A stretch of DNA of 33,751 nucleotides from Actinomycetales bacterium (GTDB lineage Bacteria > Actinomycetota > Actinomycetes > Actinomycetales > DASROP01). Below are positions 1 through 6,810 of this stretch, piece after piece (positions within the stretch are counted from its first letter, which is position 1; each line of letters begins with the position of its first letter). The translations under genes were made by a program, and so were the position numbers. A model generated the notes under the pieces. It did not search any database. It was not told the DNA's origin and was given only the letters and a program-made list of their open reading frames with translations. The stretch lies in assembly GCA_038232615.1 (NCBI GenBank), contig JBBSNO010000003.1, positions 1-33,751 of the forward strand. Reading direction: 5' to 3'.

Positions 1-146
1 ACGTCCATCCGGTATCCCGCTCCCACCGAGGGAGGCAGCCGGTCGGCGGTCTCCCGAATGAGAGTGAGCACGTACTGCGCAGTCTCTTCGGTCTCCGTCA
101 GCGCCTCGAACCGACGTAGGGTCGCACCGTGCTCGCCGGTGCTCAT
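1..146 (-). pseudogene. N-terminal remnant of a second KaiB-like gene, running off the window edge
   Basis: ATG at 146 overlaps the TGA of the upstream kaiC::kaiB ORF (ATGA). It reads [29 protein letters not shown]; YVLTL resembles the first KaiB strand (YxLxLY/FV). The resemblance stops abruptly near position 60. Confidence 0.5.
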
Positions 147-497
147 GCCGACACCGGCCGGAGCTGCAACCCGGCGAGCACGCGCTCGGCGTCGGAGAGG
201 TCGCCGATGATCTTGCGCACCGGGGCCGGCAGCTGGCGGACCAGGGTGGGGATGGCCACGATCTCGTCCCGACGGGCCAGCCGGGGGTTCTCCAGGACGA
301 ACACTCCCGGTTCGCCGAACTCGGTGATGCCCCGTACCAGGAACTCCATGGCCAGCAGGGTCTTCCCGCACCCTGCGGGGCCGCAGACCAGGGGTAGGAC
401 GGCCACGCGGCAGACCGCCGCCAGTCACTTCATCCAGACCGCTGATGCCCGTAGCGGCCTTGGGTAGCTCGCCGGGTGGGGTCCGAGGAATTGGCAC
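143..497 (-). pseudogene. kaiC: Chimeric kaiC(N-term)::kaiB(C-term) remnant with a +1 frameshift
   Basis: From GTG 497: ...[25 protein letters not shown], then a frameshift in the G4 run at 391-394, then [32 protein letters not shown] (KaiC CI Walker A region). This joins at ~295/296 to [43 protein letters not shown] (KaiB C-terminal signature). Confidence 0.85.
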
Positions 498-695
498 CGG
501 GCTCGGATGGAGCTGGGCGGTGGTCACCAAGGTCACCTCTTCTCACCTGGAGTACCGCGCTGCCGACCTGAGCTCAGATGCAACAACTCTCTGACTCGCC
601 GGATGCGTCCGGAGCGCCGGGGACCCGACCCTCTCCCGCACCTTCGACACACCGTACGGCAAACAGGAGCAGATCCGGCAGAGCAAATGAACTGG

Positions 696-1311
696 GAGCT
701 CGCGAAGCTGGTCGGCGTGCTCGTCCAACTCGTCCGCGTGCGTCGGGTCGATCGTCGCGACGAGGTGCTGGGCCAGGGTCCTGGTGGTGGGTGGCGCGAA
801 CTCCAGGGCGTCCTTGGTGAGCCGCGCGTCGATCTCAGCCCGGAGCTCGGCCCGACTCTTGTTGGGCACCGCGTTGAGTGCGCGGACTGCCACCCCCGCG
901 TGCTCCGGCGTCACGGTACCCTCGGCCAGCTGACGACCGAACATCCGGAGGTCGCCGTCGTCGGGGTCCAGCGCCCAGGCCTCGCGCAGGTCGGCTCGTA
1001 CCCGCCCCACGCTCATGCGGTGCTCCGCTGCCAGCCACGCGGCGGTCTCCCGCCGCCGGCTTGACGGCCCCGGCATCACTCTTCGTTCTCTTGCGGCGTG
1101 GCACGTCCCGGCCGGCAGACTCGGCCAGCGGCGTCAGGTAGGTCGACCGGCAGCGCGCGTTCAGGGTGGTGATCGCCGACAGCGCGGCGCGGACATCGTC
1201 GTCCGACAAGCTCCAGTCGCAGGCGCCCTGGATCATGTCCAGGGACGCGGCTATGCCCGCGAGGCCCCGCAGCACGTCGTGCTGCGGGAGCTCGTCCGGA
1301 CCGGTGGCCAT
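696..1311 (-). pseudogene. Truncated, frameshifted DUF222 (13E12-repeat family) gene; paralog of 28534-30021 lacking the HNH domain
   Basis: MATGPDELPQHDVLRGLA matches MATGPSEVPQHDVLRGLA of the intact copy. After a frameshift near 1045-1075 it continues ETAAWLAA...VRADLREAWALDPD...VTPEHAGVAVRAL...LAQHLVATIDP...LREL. Similarity ends near 696. Confidence 0.9.
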
Positions 1312-1314
1312 GCA

Positions 1315-1330
1315 TCGAACACTAGTTCGA
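1315..1330. promoter_or_regulatory. LexA (SOS) box
   Basis: TCGAAC-ACTA-GTTCGA, an exact match to the actinobacterial consensus TCGAAC-N4-GTTCGA, 3 nt upstream of the DUF222 ATG. Confidence 0.9.
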
Positions 1331-1340
1331 GCCACCGACA
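1319..1340 (-). promoter_or_regulatory. PafBC-dependent (RecA-NDp/ClpR-like) DNA-damage promoter
   Basis: The minus strand reads TGTCGG-TGGCTCGAAC-TAGTGT, i.e. TGTCGG-N10-TANNNT. The ATG lies 7 nt downstream (leaderless). Confidence 0.85.
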
Positions 1341-1447
1341 GTCCGGGTGCCTGTGGCGCGCCTACAACTGTGCCGTCTGATCACGATTGGGTAGCGAATG
1401 GTGCTCGCAGTTCGGAGACGCCTATCGGCAGGGAGGCCGCCCCGAAG

Positions 1448-1516
1448 TCAGCCCTTCCGGTCGATCAGGTCGCCGCCGAGGCCGCTGCGGCAGAACAGAA
1501 CCCGTGCACCGGCACC
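1448..1516 (-). pseudogene. Possible C-terminal remnant of an ArsR-type winged-helix regulator
   Basis: The minus strand reads GAGARVLFCRSGLGGDLIDRKG*, resembling the 'GRxVLYxRTxLGxxL' tail of actinobacterial ArsR-like regulators that lie divergent to MFS genes. Short, so weak evidence. Confidence 0.4.
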
Positions 1517-1524
1517 AGCGCAGG

Positions 1525-1960
1525 AGCATATTCGTCGCCGGCGCCCTCGGCATGCTCGCCGGCGACGCAGTCATGGGCCGCCTCGTGCCCGTGGCGTGGC
1601 GGCCACGCCTGATCACTCCCACACGCCTGCTCCTCGCAGCCCCGTACCTGCTGTTCATCCTCACCCCAACCGTCCCGGTAGCAGCGCTGGTGGTGGCCGT
1701 GGCCTCCGCTGGGTTCAGTGCAGGGCTTCTGCTGCAGGAGCGCTCATCGACCTCACACTTACCAAGACCAGAGGTCAGGCTCTGGGACTGCACAGCTCGG
1801 GGATGCCGGCGATGCAGGGAGTCGGCGCCGTCCTCGCCGGCGCCATCGCCGAGTACCTCCAGGTCGGTGCTGCCATGTCTGTGATGGCGCCCTCTCCATC
1901 GTGGTCACGCTCACGCTCACGCCTGCACTACGACGCAGCGCCTCCTGCTCCCCGGGCTGA
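1525..1960 (+). pseudogene. C-terminal fragment of an MFS transporter with two frameshifts
   Basis: Hydrophobic segments spread across three frames: IFVAGALGMLAGDAVMGRLV...GLLLQER / LIDLTLTKTRGQALGLHSSGM...GAAMSVMA / ALSIVVTLTLTPALRR. No start codon or N-terminal half. Confidence 0.75.
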
Positions 1961-2097
1961 GCAGAGTCGACACGACCTGATGGTTCTGGTGGCGTGGTCG
2001 AGCGGCACTCTGTGGCACCGCCGCGGGCGTGTTGGGCGCGACCGCGCCGCTGAACGAGAGGGCAGGGCCACAGCAATGCCAGTCCGCCGGGAGACCG

Positions 2098-2469
2098 CTA
2101 CCCAGCGGACGGGACGTCGTCCTCGGACTCGTAGCGGGCGATCGAGGAGATCAGCCCCGACTCCACCGTGAACACGCACCAGGTGGCCGTCGGCTCGGTG
2201 GGGGCACCGGACGGGGCGTCGGTCGTCGTCCAGTGCGCCGCCTCCCGGACGACGAGCCGCCCGTCGGCCTCGACCAGACCGCCCTGCGGCTCCAGCCGGA
2301 TCCCCGAGCGGACCAGCCAGCCGCGCACCAGGTCGTGCCCGTGCCCGACGCCGCGCGGACCGGCCACCGCGACGTCGGGCGAGCAGAGCTGGACTGCGCT
2401 CTCGACGTCCCCGATGTTAACGGCGTCGTGCCACGCCTGGACCGCGCGCACGGAGTCGAGGTCGGCCAT
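2098..2469 (-). CDS. SnoaL-like / NTF2-family protein
   Basis: 123-aa ORF with the WHDAVN.GD...PDV...GPRG.G.G...W and F.V.SG.ISSIARY pattern; leaderless -10 TAAGGT at 2476-2481. Confidence 0.8.
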   Translation of the reverse strand: MADLDSVRAVQAWHDAVNIGDVESAVQLCSPDVAVAGPRGVGHGHDLVRGWLVRSGIRLEPQGGLVEADGRLVVREAAHWTTTDAPSGAPTEPTATWCVFTVESGLISSIARYESEDDVPSAG

Positions 2470-2475
2470 CGCCCG

Positions 2476-2494
2476 ACCTTACAACGCCTAGAAT
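2476..2494. promoter_or_regulatory. Back-to-back divergent -10 elements for leaderless smpB and the SnoaL gene
   Basis: Plus-strand TAGAAT (2489-2494) is 6 nt before the smpB ATG; minus-strand TAAGGT (2481-2476) is 6 nt before the SnoaL ATG. Confidence 0.7.
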
Positions 2495-2500
2495 GTTCCG

Positions 2501-2971
2501 ATGCCCAAGGAGACCGGTCGCAAGGTGGTGGCCAGCAACCGCAAGGCCCGCCACGATTACGCGATCATCGACACCTACGAGGCCGGTCTCGTGCTGACCG
2601 GCACCGAGGTCAAGTCGCTGCGGATGGGGCGCGCCTCGCTGGTCGACGGCTACGCCTCCATCGACTACGGCGAGGCGTGGCTGGAGAACGTGCACATCCC
2701 CGAGTACACCGAAGGCACCTGGAACAACCACACCCCGCGGCGCAAGCGCAAGCTGCTCCTGCACCGCGAGGAGATCGAGAAGCTCGCGTCGAAGTCACGC
2801 GAGTCCGGGCACACGATCGTGCCGCTGCAGCTGTACTTCTCCGGTGGGCGGGCCAAGGTGGAGATCGCCCTGGCTCGAGGCAAGCGCGAGTACGACAAGC
2901 GCCACAGTTTGCGTGAACGCCAGGACAACCGTGAGGCCGAGCGCGCGATGTCCTTGCGCGCCAACCGCTGA
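2501..2971 (+). CDS. smpB: SsrA-binding protein SmpB
   Basis: [40 protein letters not shown] motifs; ssrA lies 2.5 kb downstream. Confidence 0.99.
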   Translation: MPKETGRKVVASNRKARHDYAIIDTYEAGLVLTGTEVKSLRMGRASLVDGYASIDYGEAWLENVHIPEYTEGTWNNHTPRRKRKLLLHREEIEKLASKSRESGHTIVPLQLYFSGGRAKVEIALARGKREYDKRHSLRERQDNREAERAMSLRANR

Positions 2972-3057
2972 GCTGGCCCGGTGAGCACGACCCCTGCCGC
3001 TGGGACGACGGTCGTCGCCGTGGGAACAACGACCGCTGTGTCCCGCTTGCCGCCTGT

Positions 3058-3978
3058 ATGAGAGCTGCACACATCACGTCCTACGGCGGAGCCGGCGTCC
3101 TGCAGGTCGGTGACCTGCCCGACCCGGTCGTCGGCCCCGACAGCGTGCTCGTGAGGGTGAAGGCCGCAGGCACCAATCCCGTCGACCACAAGATCCGTGC
3201 AGGTTACCTCGACGGGGCGTTCCCCTCCGCCTTCCCGCTGATCCTCGGTTGGGACGTCGCCGGTGTCGTCGAGCAGGTCGGCCCCGCCGTCACCGAGCAC
3301 GCCGTGGGCGACGAGGTGATCGGCTACGTGCGCAAGGATCACGTTCAGCACGGGACCTACGCCGAGCTGGTGACCGCCACGTCACGACACCTGGCCCCGA
3401 AGCCGTCGACCGTGTCCTTCGAGGAAGCCGCCGGTCTCCCGCTGGCCGGGCTCACCGCCCTGCAGTCGATCGAGGCGGCTGGCGTCGGCGAGGGTGACGT
3501 GGTGCTGGTGCACGCCGCCTCCGGAGGGGTGGGCTCGTTCGCCGTCCAGCTCGCCGCCGGTCGGGGAGCCCGCGTGATCGGCACCGCCAGCGAGCGCAAC
3601 CACGACTACCTGCGCTCGCTCGGAGCCGAACCGCTGGCGTACGGTGAAGGTCTGGCGGAGCAGGTGCGCGAGGTAGCCGGGGGAGACGTCGACGTCGTGC
3701 TGGACTACGTCGGCGGCGAGGCGCTCGACGTCTCGTTCGACCTGGTGTGCAACGCCTCCCGAGTCGTCTCGGTGATCGACCCCGCTGTGCTGGAGCGCGG
3801 TGGCATGTACGTGTTCGTCCGTCCGGACGCTGCCCAGCTCGGCGAGCTGTCACGGCTCGTGGACGACGGCGCGTTGCGCATCGAGGTCGCGGCGCGGTTC
3901 GCGCTGGGCGACGTGGCGCAGGCCCACTCCCTGCTCGAGCACGGCCACGCGCGCGGCAAGGTCGTCCTCACCCCCTGA
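3058..3978 (+). CDS. NADP-dependent oxidoreductase, MDR/quinone oxidoreductase family
   Basis: NPVD, P.ILGWDVAGVV, HAASGGVGSFAVQLA and GHARGKVVL motifs. Confidence 0.92.
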   Translation: MRAAHITSYGGAGVLQVGDLPDPVVGPDSVLVRVKAAGTNPVDHKIRAGYLDGAFPSAFPLILGWDVAGVVEQVGPAVTEHAVGDEVIGYVRKDHVQHGTYAELVTATSRHLAPKPSTVSFEEAAGLPLAGLTALQSIEAAGVGEGDVVLVHAASGGVGSFAVQLAAGRGARVIGTASERNHDYLRSLGAEPLAYGEGLAEQVREVAGGDVDVVLDYVGGEALDVSFDLVCNASRVVSVIDPAVLERGGMYVFVRPDAAQLGELSRLVDDGALRIEVAARFALGDVAQAHSLLEHGHARGKVVLTP

Positions 3979-4052
3979 ACCCGTTCGAGCACAGCACAAC
4001 CCGCGGACGCTCGGCGTTGCGGGACATCCACGAAACGACGGAGGGACTTCTG

Positions 4053-4481
4053 ATGGAACTACGCACGCTGCCCCGCGACGTCCCCGGCCGCCTCGCCGCC
4101 GGCGCGATGATCCTGAACTCCGGTCTGGGCAAGCGGAAGGCCGACGAGCAGACGGCTGCCGGGCTGCACGGCTTCGCTGCCGGCACCTACCCCGTCCTCA
4201 CGTCCCAGCGGCCGCAGGCCTTCACGAAGAAGCTGTCGACCGGCGAGATCGCGCTCGGTGCGGCCCTGCTGACACCGTTCGTGCCGACGGTCGTCGCCGG
4301 CGCGGCCCTGACCGCGTTCGCCGCCGGCCTGCTCGGGCTCTACCTGCGGACGCCGGGCATGCGCAAGGAGGGCAGCCTCGCCCCGACGCAGGACGGTCTC
4401 ACCGTCGCCAAGGACGTCTGGATGCTCGGCATCGGGGTCGGTCTCGTCGTCGACGCGATCGGACGTCGCCGCCGCCGCTGA
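4053..4481 (+). CDS. Conserved actinobacterial membrane protein (DoxX-like)
   Basis: RBS GGAGG before ATG 4053; RLAAGAMILNSG...GEIALGAALLTPFVP...AKDVWMLGIG with hydrophobic helices. Confidence 0.7.
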   Translation: MELRTLPRDVPGRLAAGAMILNSGLGKRKADEQTAAGLHGFAAGTYPVLTSQRPQAFTKKLSTGEIALGAALLTPFVPTVVAGAALTAFAAGLLGLYLRTPGMRKEGSLAPTQDGLTVAKDVWMLGIGVGLVVDAIGRRRRR

Positions 4482-4487
4482 GGCACG

Positions 4488-5339
4488 ATGGTCGGCGTGA
4501 GCGAGCACACGGTCGAGGCCAACGGGCTAACGTTCGCCGTCACCGACTGCGGGCAGGGTCCGGCCGTCCTGATGCTGCACGGCTTTCCCGACTCCCGGCA
4601 CCTGTGGAGACACCAGGTCGGGCCGCTCGTCGACGCCGGCTACCGGGTGCTCGCCCCGGACCTGCGGGGTTTCGGCGAGAGCGACAAGCCCGACGACGTC
4701 GCCGCCTACGGCGTCCGGACGCTCCTGGGCGACGTCCGAGGCATCCTCGACGCCCTGGGTGTGCGTGAGGTCCACGTGGTCGGGCACGACTGGGGTGCGG
4801 GACTGGCCTGGTGGGTCGCCGAGACCATGCCCGAGCGGGTGCAGAGCCTGGTCGCGATCTCGGTCGGGCACGGCTCGGCGGCGACTCCCCGCCGGCAGCA
4901 GGAGCTGTCGTGGTACATGCTCTGGTTCCTGTTCCCCGGCGTCGCCGAGCGCGAGCTCCCCGCAGACGACTGGGCTTTCTACCGGGACTGGGTCTGGGAC
5001 GGCGCGTCCCCCGACGCCGACCCGGACCTCGCCCGGCAGCTGGCCGACCTCTCCCGCCCGGGCGCCCTGACGGCGGCCCTGAGCTGGTACCGCGCCAACA
5101 TCGACCCGGCGCGCTTCGTCTCCCGCGGACGGCGGGGTGGTCGGCGCATCGGGTGCCCCGTGATGGGCATCTGGGGCAGCCAGGACCCGGCGCTCGGCGA
5201 GGAGCAGATGACCGGCTCGGCCGAGCTGGTGTCTGGTCCCTGGCGGTACGAACGGATCGAGGGCGTCGGTCACTGGGTCCCCGTGCACGCCGCAGAGCAG
5301 CTGACGGGCCTGCTGCTGGACTTCCTGCCTGCTCCCTGA
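4488..5339 (+). CDS. Alpha/beta hydrolase, epoxide hydrolase-like
   Basis: HGFPD oxyanion motif, PDLRGFG.SD, GHDWG nucleophile motif, GHW catalytic His. Confidence 0.93.
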   Translation: MVGVSEHTVEANGLTFAVTDCGQGPAVLMLHGFPDSRHLWRHQVGPLVDAGYRVLAPDLRGFGESDKPDDVAAYGVRTLLGDVRGILDALGVREVHVVGHDWGAGLAWWVAETMPERVQSLVAISVGHGSAATPRRQQELSWYMLWFLFPGVAERELPADDWAFYRDWVWDGASPDADPDLARQLADLSRPGALTAALSWYRANIDPARFVSRGRRGGRRIGCPVMGIWGSQDPALGEEQMTGSAELVSGPWRYERIEGVGHWVPVHAAEQLTGLLLDFLPAP

Positions 5340-5358
5340 CCGGCCTGCGCGCGGGTCG

Positions 5359-5397
5359 GGAATTAGGCTGGGTCGAACCACGCTGTAGGAGTAGTCT
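5359..5397 (+). promoter_or_regulatory. Putative ssrA promoters: housekeeping -10 plus a near-consensus SigH/SigR-type element
   Basis: TAGTCT at 5392-5397; GGAAT-N18-GCTG at 5359-5385 (consensus GGAAY-N18-GTT, one mismatch). Confidence 0.45.
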
Positions 5398-5462
5398 GGA
5401 CGCTGACGGGCGAGTTCGCTGGTTCCGTCAGCACGACAGCACGGCAGCATCACAACTGCACA

Positions 5463-5829
5463 GGGGGTGACAGGTTTCGACGTCGGATGTCGAACCAGGG
5501 GAAGCGGGTCGAGAACGCGGAGTTATCTCGTAAACGCCCTCCGCAAAACACAGGTGCCGATTCCAAGCGCACCGACTTCGCACTCGCCGCCTGAGCGAGT
5601 AGCTGAGTCCGTCAGCCCGGGAGTGCTCCCGGCCCGGTAGCTGGCGTCATCTAGGGGGCCACTGCTCCCAACCCTCGTCGTCGGGGTTGGGGGGACACCA
5701 AGACGACTGGGCCTGGCAGCGGCGCGCCTGCGCGACCGCTGGGGCCGAGAATCACCGCAGCAGGCTGCACCCGGAGAAGCCCTGGGGGTACGACGACGGA
5801 CGCGGGTTCGATTCCCGCCACCTCCACCC
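5463..5829 (+). ncRNA. ssrA: tmRNA; tag peptide (A)ADSKRTDFALAA encoded at 5556-5594
   Basis: 5' GGGGGTGACAGGTTTCGAC; 3' T-arm GCGGGTTCGATTCCCGC followed by CACCTCCA forming an acceptor stem with a G3.U pair; tag ORF ends in FALAA-TGA. The 3' end encodes ACCC rather than ACCA. Confidence 0.98.
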
Positions 5830-5834
5830 CTGCG

Positions 5835-5884
5835 ACGACGACAGGCCCTGACGGTTCCCCGGACCCGTCAGGGCCTGTCGTCGT
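5835..5884. terminator. Perfect 20-bp-stem hairpin after ssrA, probably a bidirectional terminator
   Basis: ACGACGACAGGCCCTGACGG / CCGTCAGGGCCTGTCGTCGT with a 10-nt loop. Confidence 0.85.
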
Positions 5885-6143
5885 GCTCCGCTCCCAGCGG
5901 TGTCGTGTGGTGCGGGGCTGCCGGTCGACTCCCGGCAGTTCGATGCGCCGGACGTGCCCGCGTGGGGGTCGGGGTTGCCGCCCCCCGCCTCCTGGACGTG
6001 GTCGGTGCCGAAGTACGAGGACCCGGGGCTCGCCATGTCCGTCGTGCCGGTGCAGTGGGCGGCGGAGGCGGCGCCGGCCGAGACGACGGTCATCCCACTG
6101 GCCATGCAGCGGCCAGAACCACGTAGCAAGGCTTCTTGGTCAT
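5885..6143 (-). pseudogene. Frameshifted small secreted protein gene (signal peptide plus a two-Cys mature peptide)
   Basis: RBS AGGAG (6151-6155), ATG 6143 MTKKPCYVVLAAA, frameshift near 6105, then MASGMTVVSAGAASA|AHCTGTTDMASPGSSYFGTDHVQEAGGGNPDPHAGTSGASNCRESTGSP. AxA cleavage site; no stop before the ssrA terminator. Confidence 0.55.
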
Positions 6144-6299
6144 GTTCATTCTCCTGTGAAGAGTGATTGCCAAGGATGTGACGCACAGGACAGCCACGTT
6201 CGGAGCGATACGACAGCCGGATTGGTCGGTGTGGCGCGGCGTCCAGAGGCGTACTCTCACAGGCTGGAGCCGTCCAGGTTCCCGACGAGGGAGCGACCC

Positions 6300-6437
6300 A
6301 TGAGCGACAAGTCACCGCGACAGGCCATGAGCAAGAAGGTCGGCAAGTCCCTGAAGGAGAAGCGCGCCGACAAGAAGGCGAAGTCGGGCGGGCAGACCGC
6401 CAGCAGCGAGGTCGCCGCGAGCGTCAAGAAGCGCTGA
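6300..6437 (+). CDS. Small Lys-rich hypothetical protein (45 aa)
   Basis: RBS GAGGGAG, -10 TACTCT (6252-6257), GC-rich third codon positions, followed by a terminator hairpin; MSDKSPRQAMSKKVGKSLKEKRADKKAK... Confidence 0.8.
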   Translation: MSDKSPRQAMSKKVGKSLKEKRADKKAKSGGQTASSEVAASVKKR

Positions 6438-6461
6438 CGCCGGCACCACTCACCCGTCAGA

Positions 6462-6511
6462 CAGGACGAGCAGGGTCTGGACGTCTCGTCGTCCGGGCCC
6501 TGCTCGTCCTG
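6462..6511. terminator. Stem-loop terminator
   Basis: CAGGACGAGCAGGGTCTGGACG / CGTCCGGGCCCTGCTCGTCCTG inverted repeat with two G.U pairs. Confidence 0.75.
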
Positions 6512-6725
6512 CGTCGTTCAGGGACTCGGCGTCGCCGAGCCGGAAGGGCTGCTGGACGGTGGGGCTCCCGGTCGTGCGTCAGCCCGAGGCCAGCAACACG
6601 GCGCCCCCACCGAGCTCGGCGCCGACCTGGCCTGGCCGCCGCAGTACGAGCGGGCCCGGACCAGCTGAGGTCGTCGGCGGCTCGACCTATCCTGACGCGC
6701 CGGCACGATCAGACCGCGGGTTCGG

Positions 6726-6753
6726 CTGAAGGTGCCTGCGGTGGTTGCCGATA
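6726..6753 (+). promoter_or_regulatory. Sigma-28 (FliA/WhiG)-type promoter
   Basis: CTGA-N17-GCCGATA upstream of the GGDEF gene. Confidence 0.6.
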
Positions 6754-6810
6754 CAGCACGCAGCCGCAGCCGCGGTCCCATCCGGCCCGACCCCGAGCGA
6801 CGAGGTGACG

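Noticed and set aside
655-700. GGCAAAC...GCAAA resembling a c-di-GMP-I riboswitch
   Set aside because: No GNRA-capped P2 stem, no GACGCAAAGC context or P3 stem, and no downstream gene on that strand.
5800-5900. Genomic island integrated at the ssrA 3' end
   Set aside because: No integrase, and I found no duplicate of the tmRNA 3' end (attR) in the window; the terminator directly follows ssrA.
6518-6781. 87-aa minus-strand ORF between the micro-protein gene and the DGC
   Set aside because: Low-complexity sequence, no RBS or motif, and it overlaps the DGC promoter.
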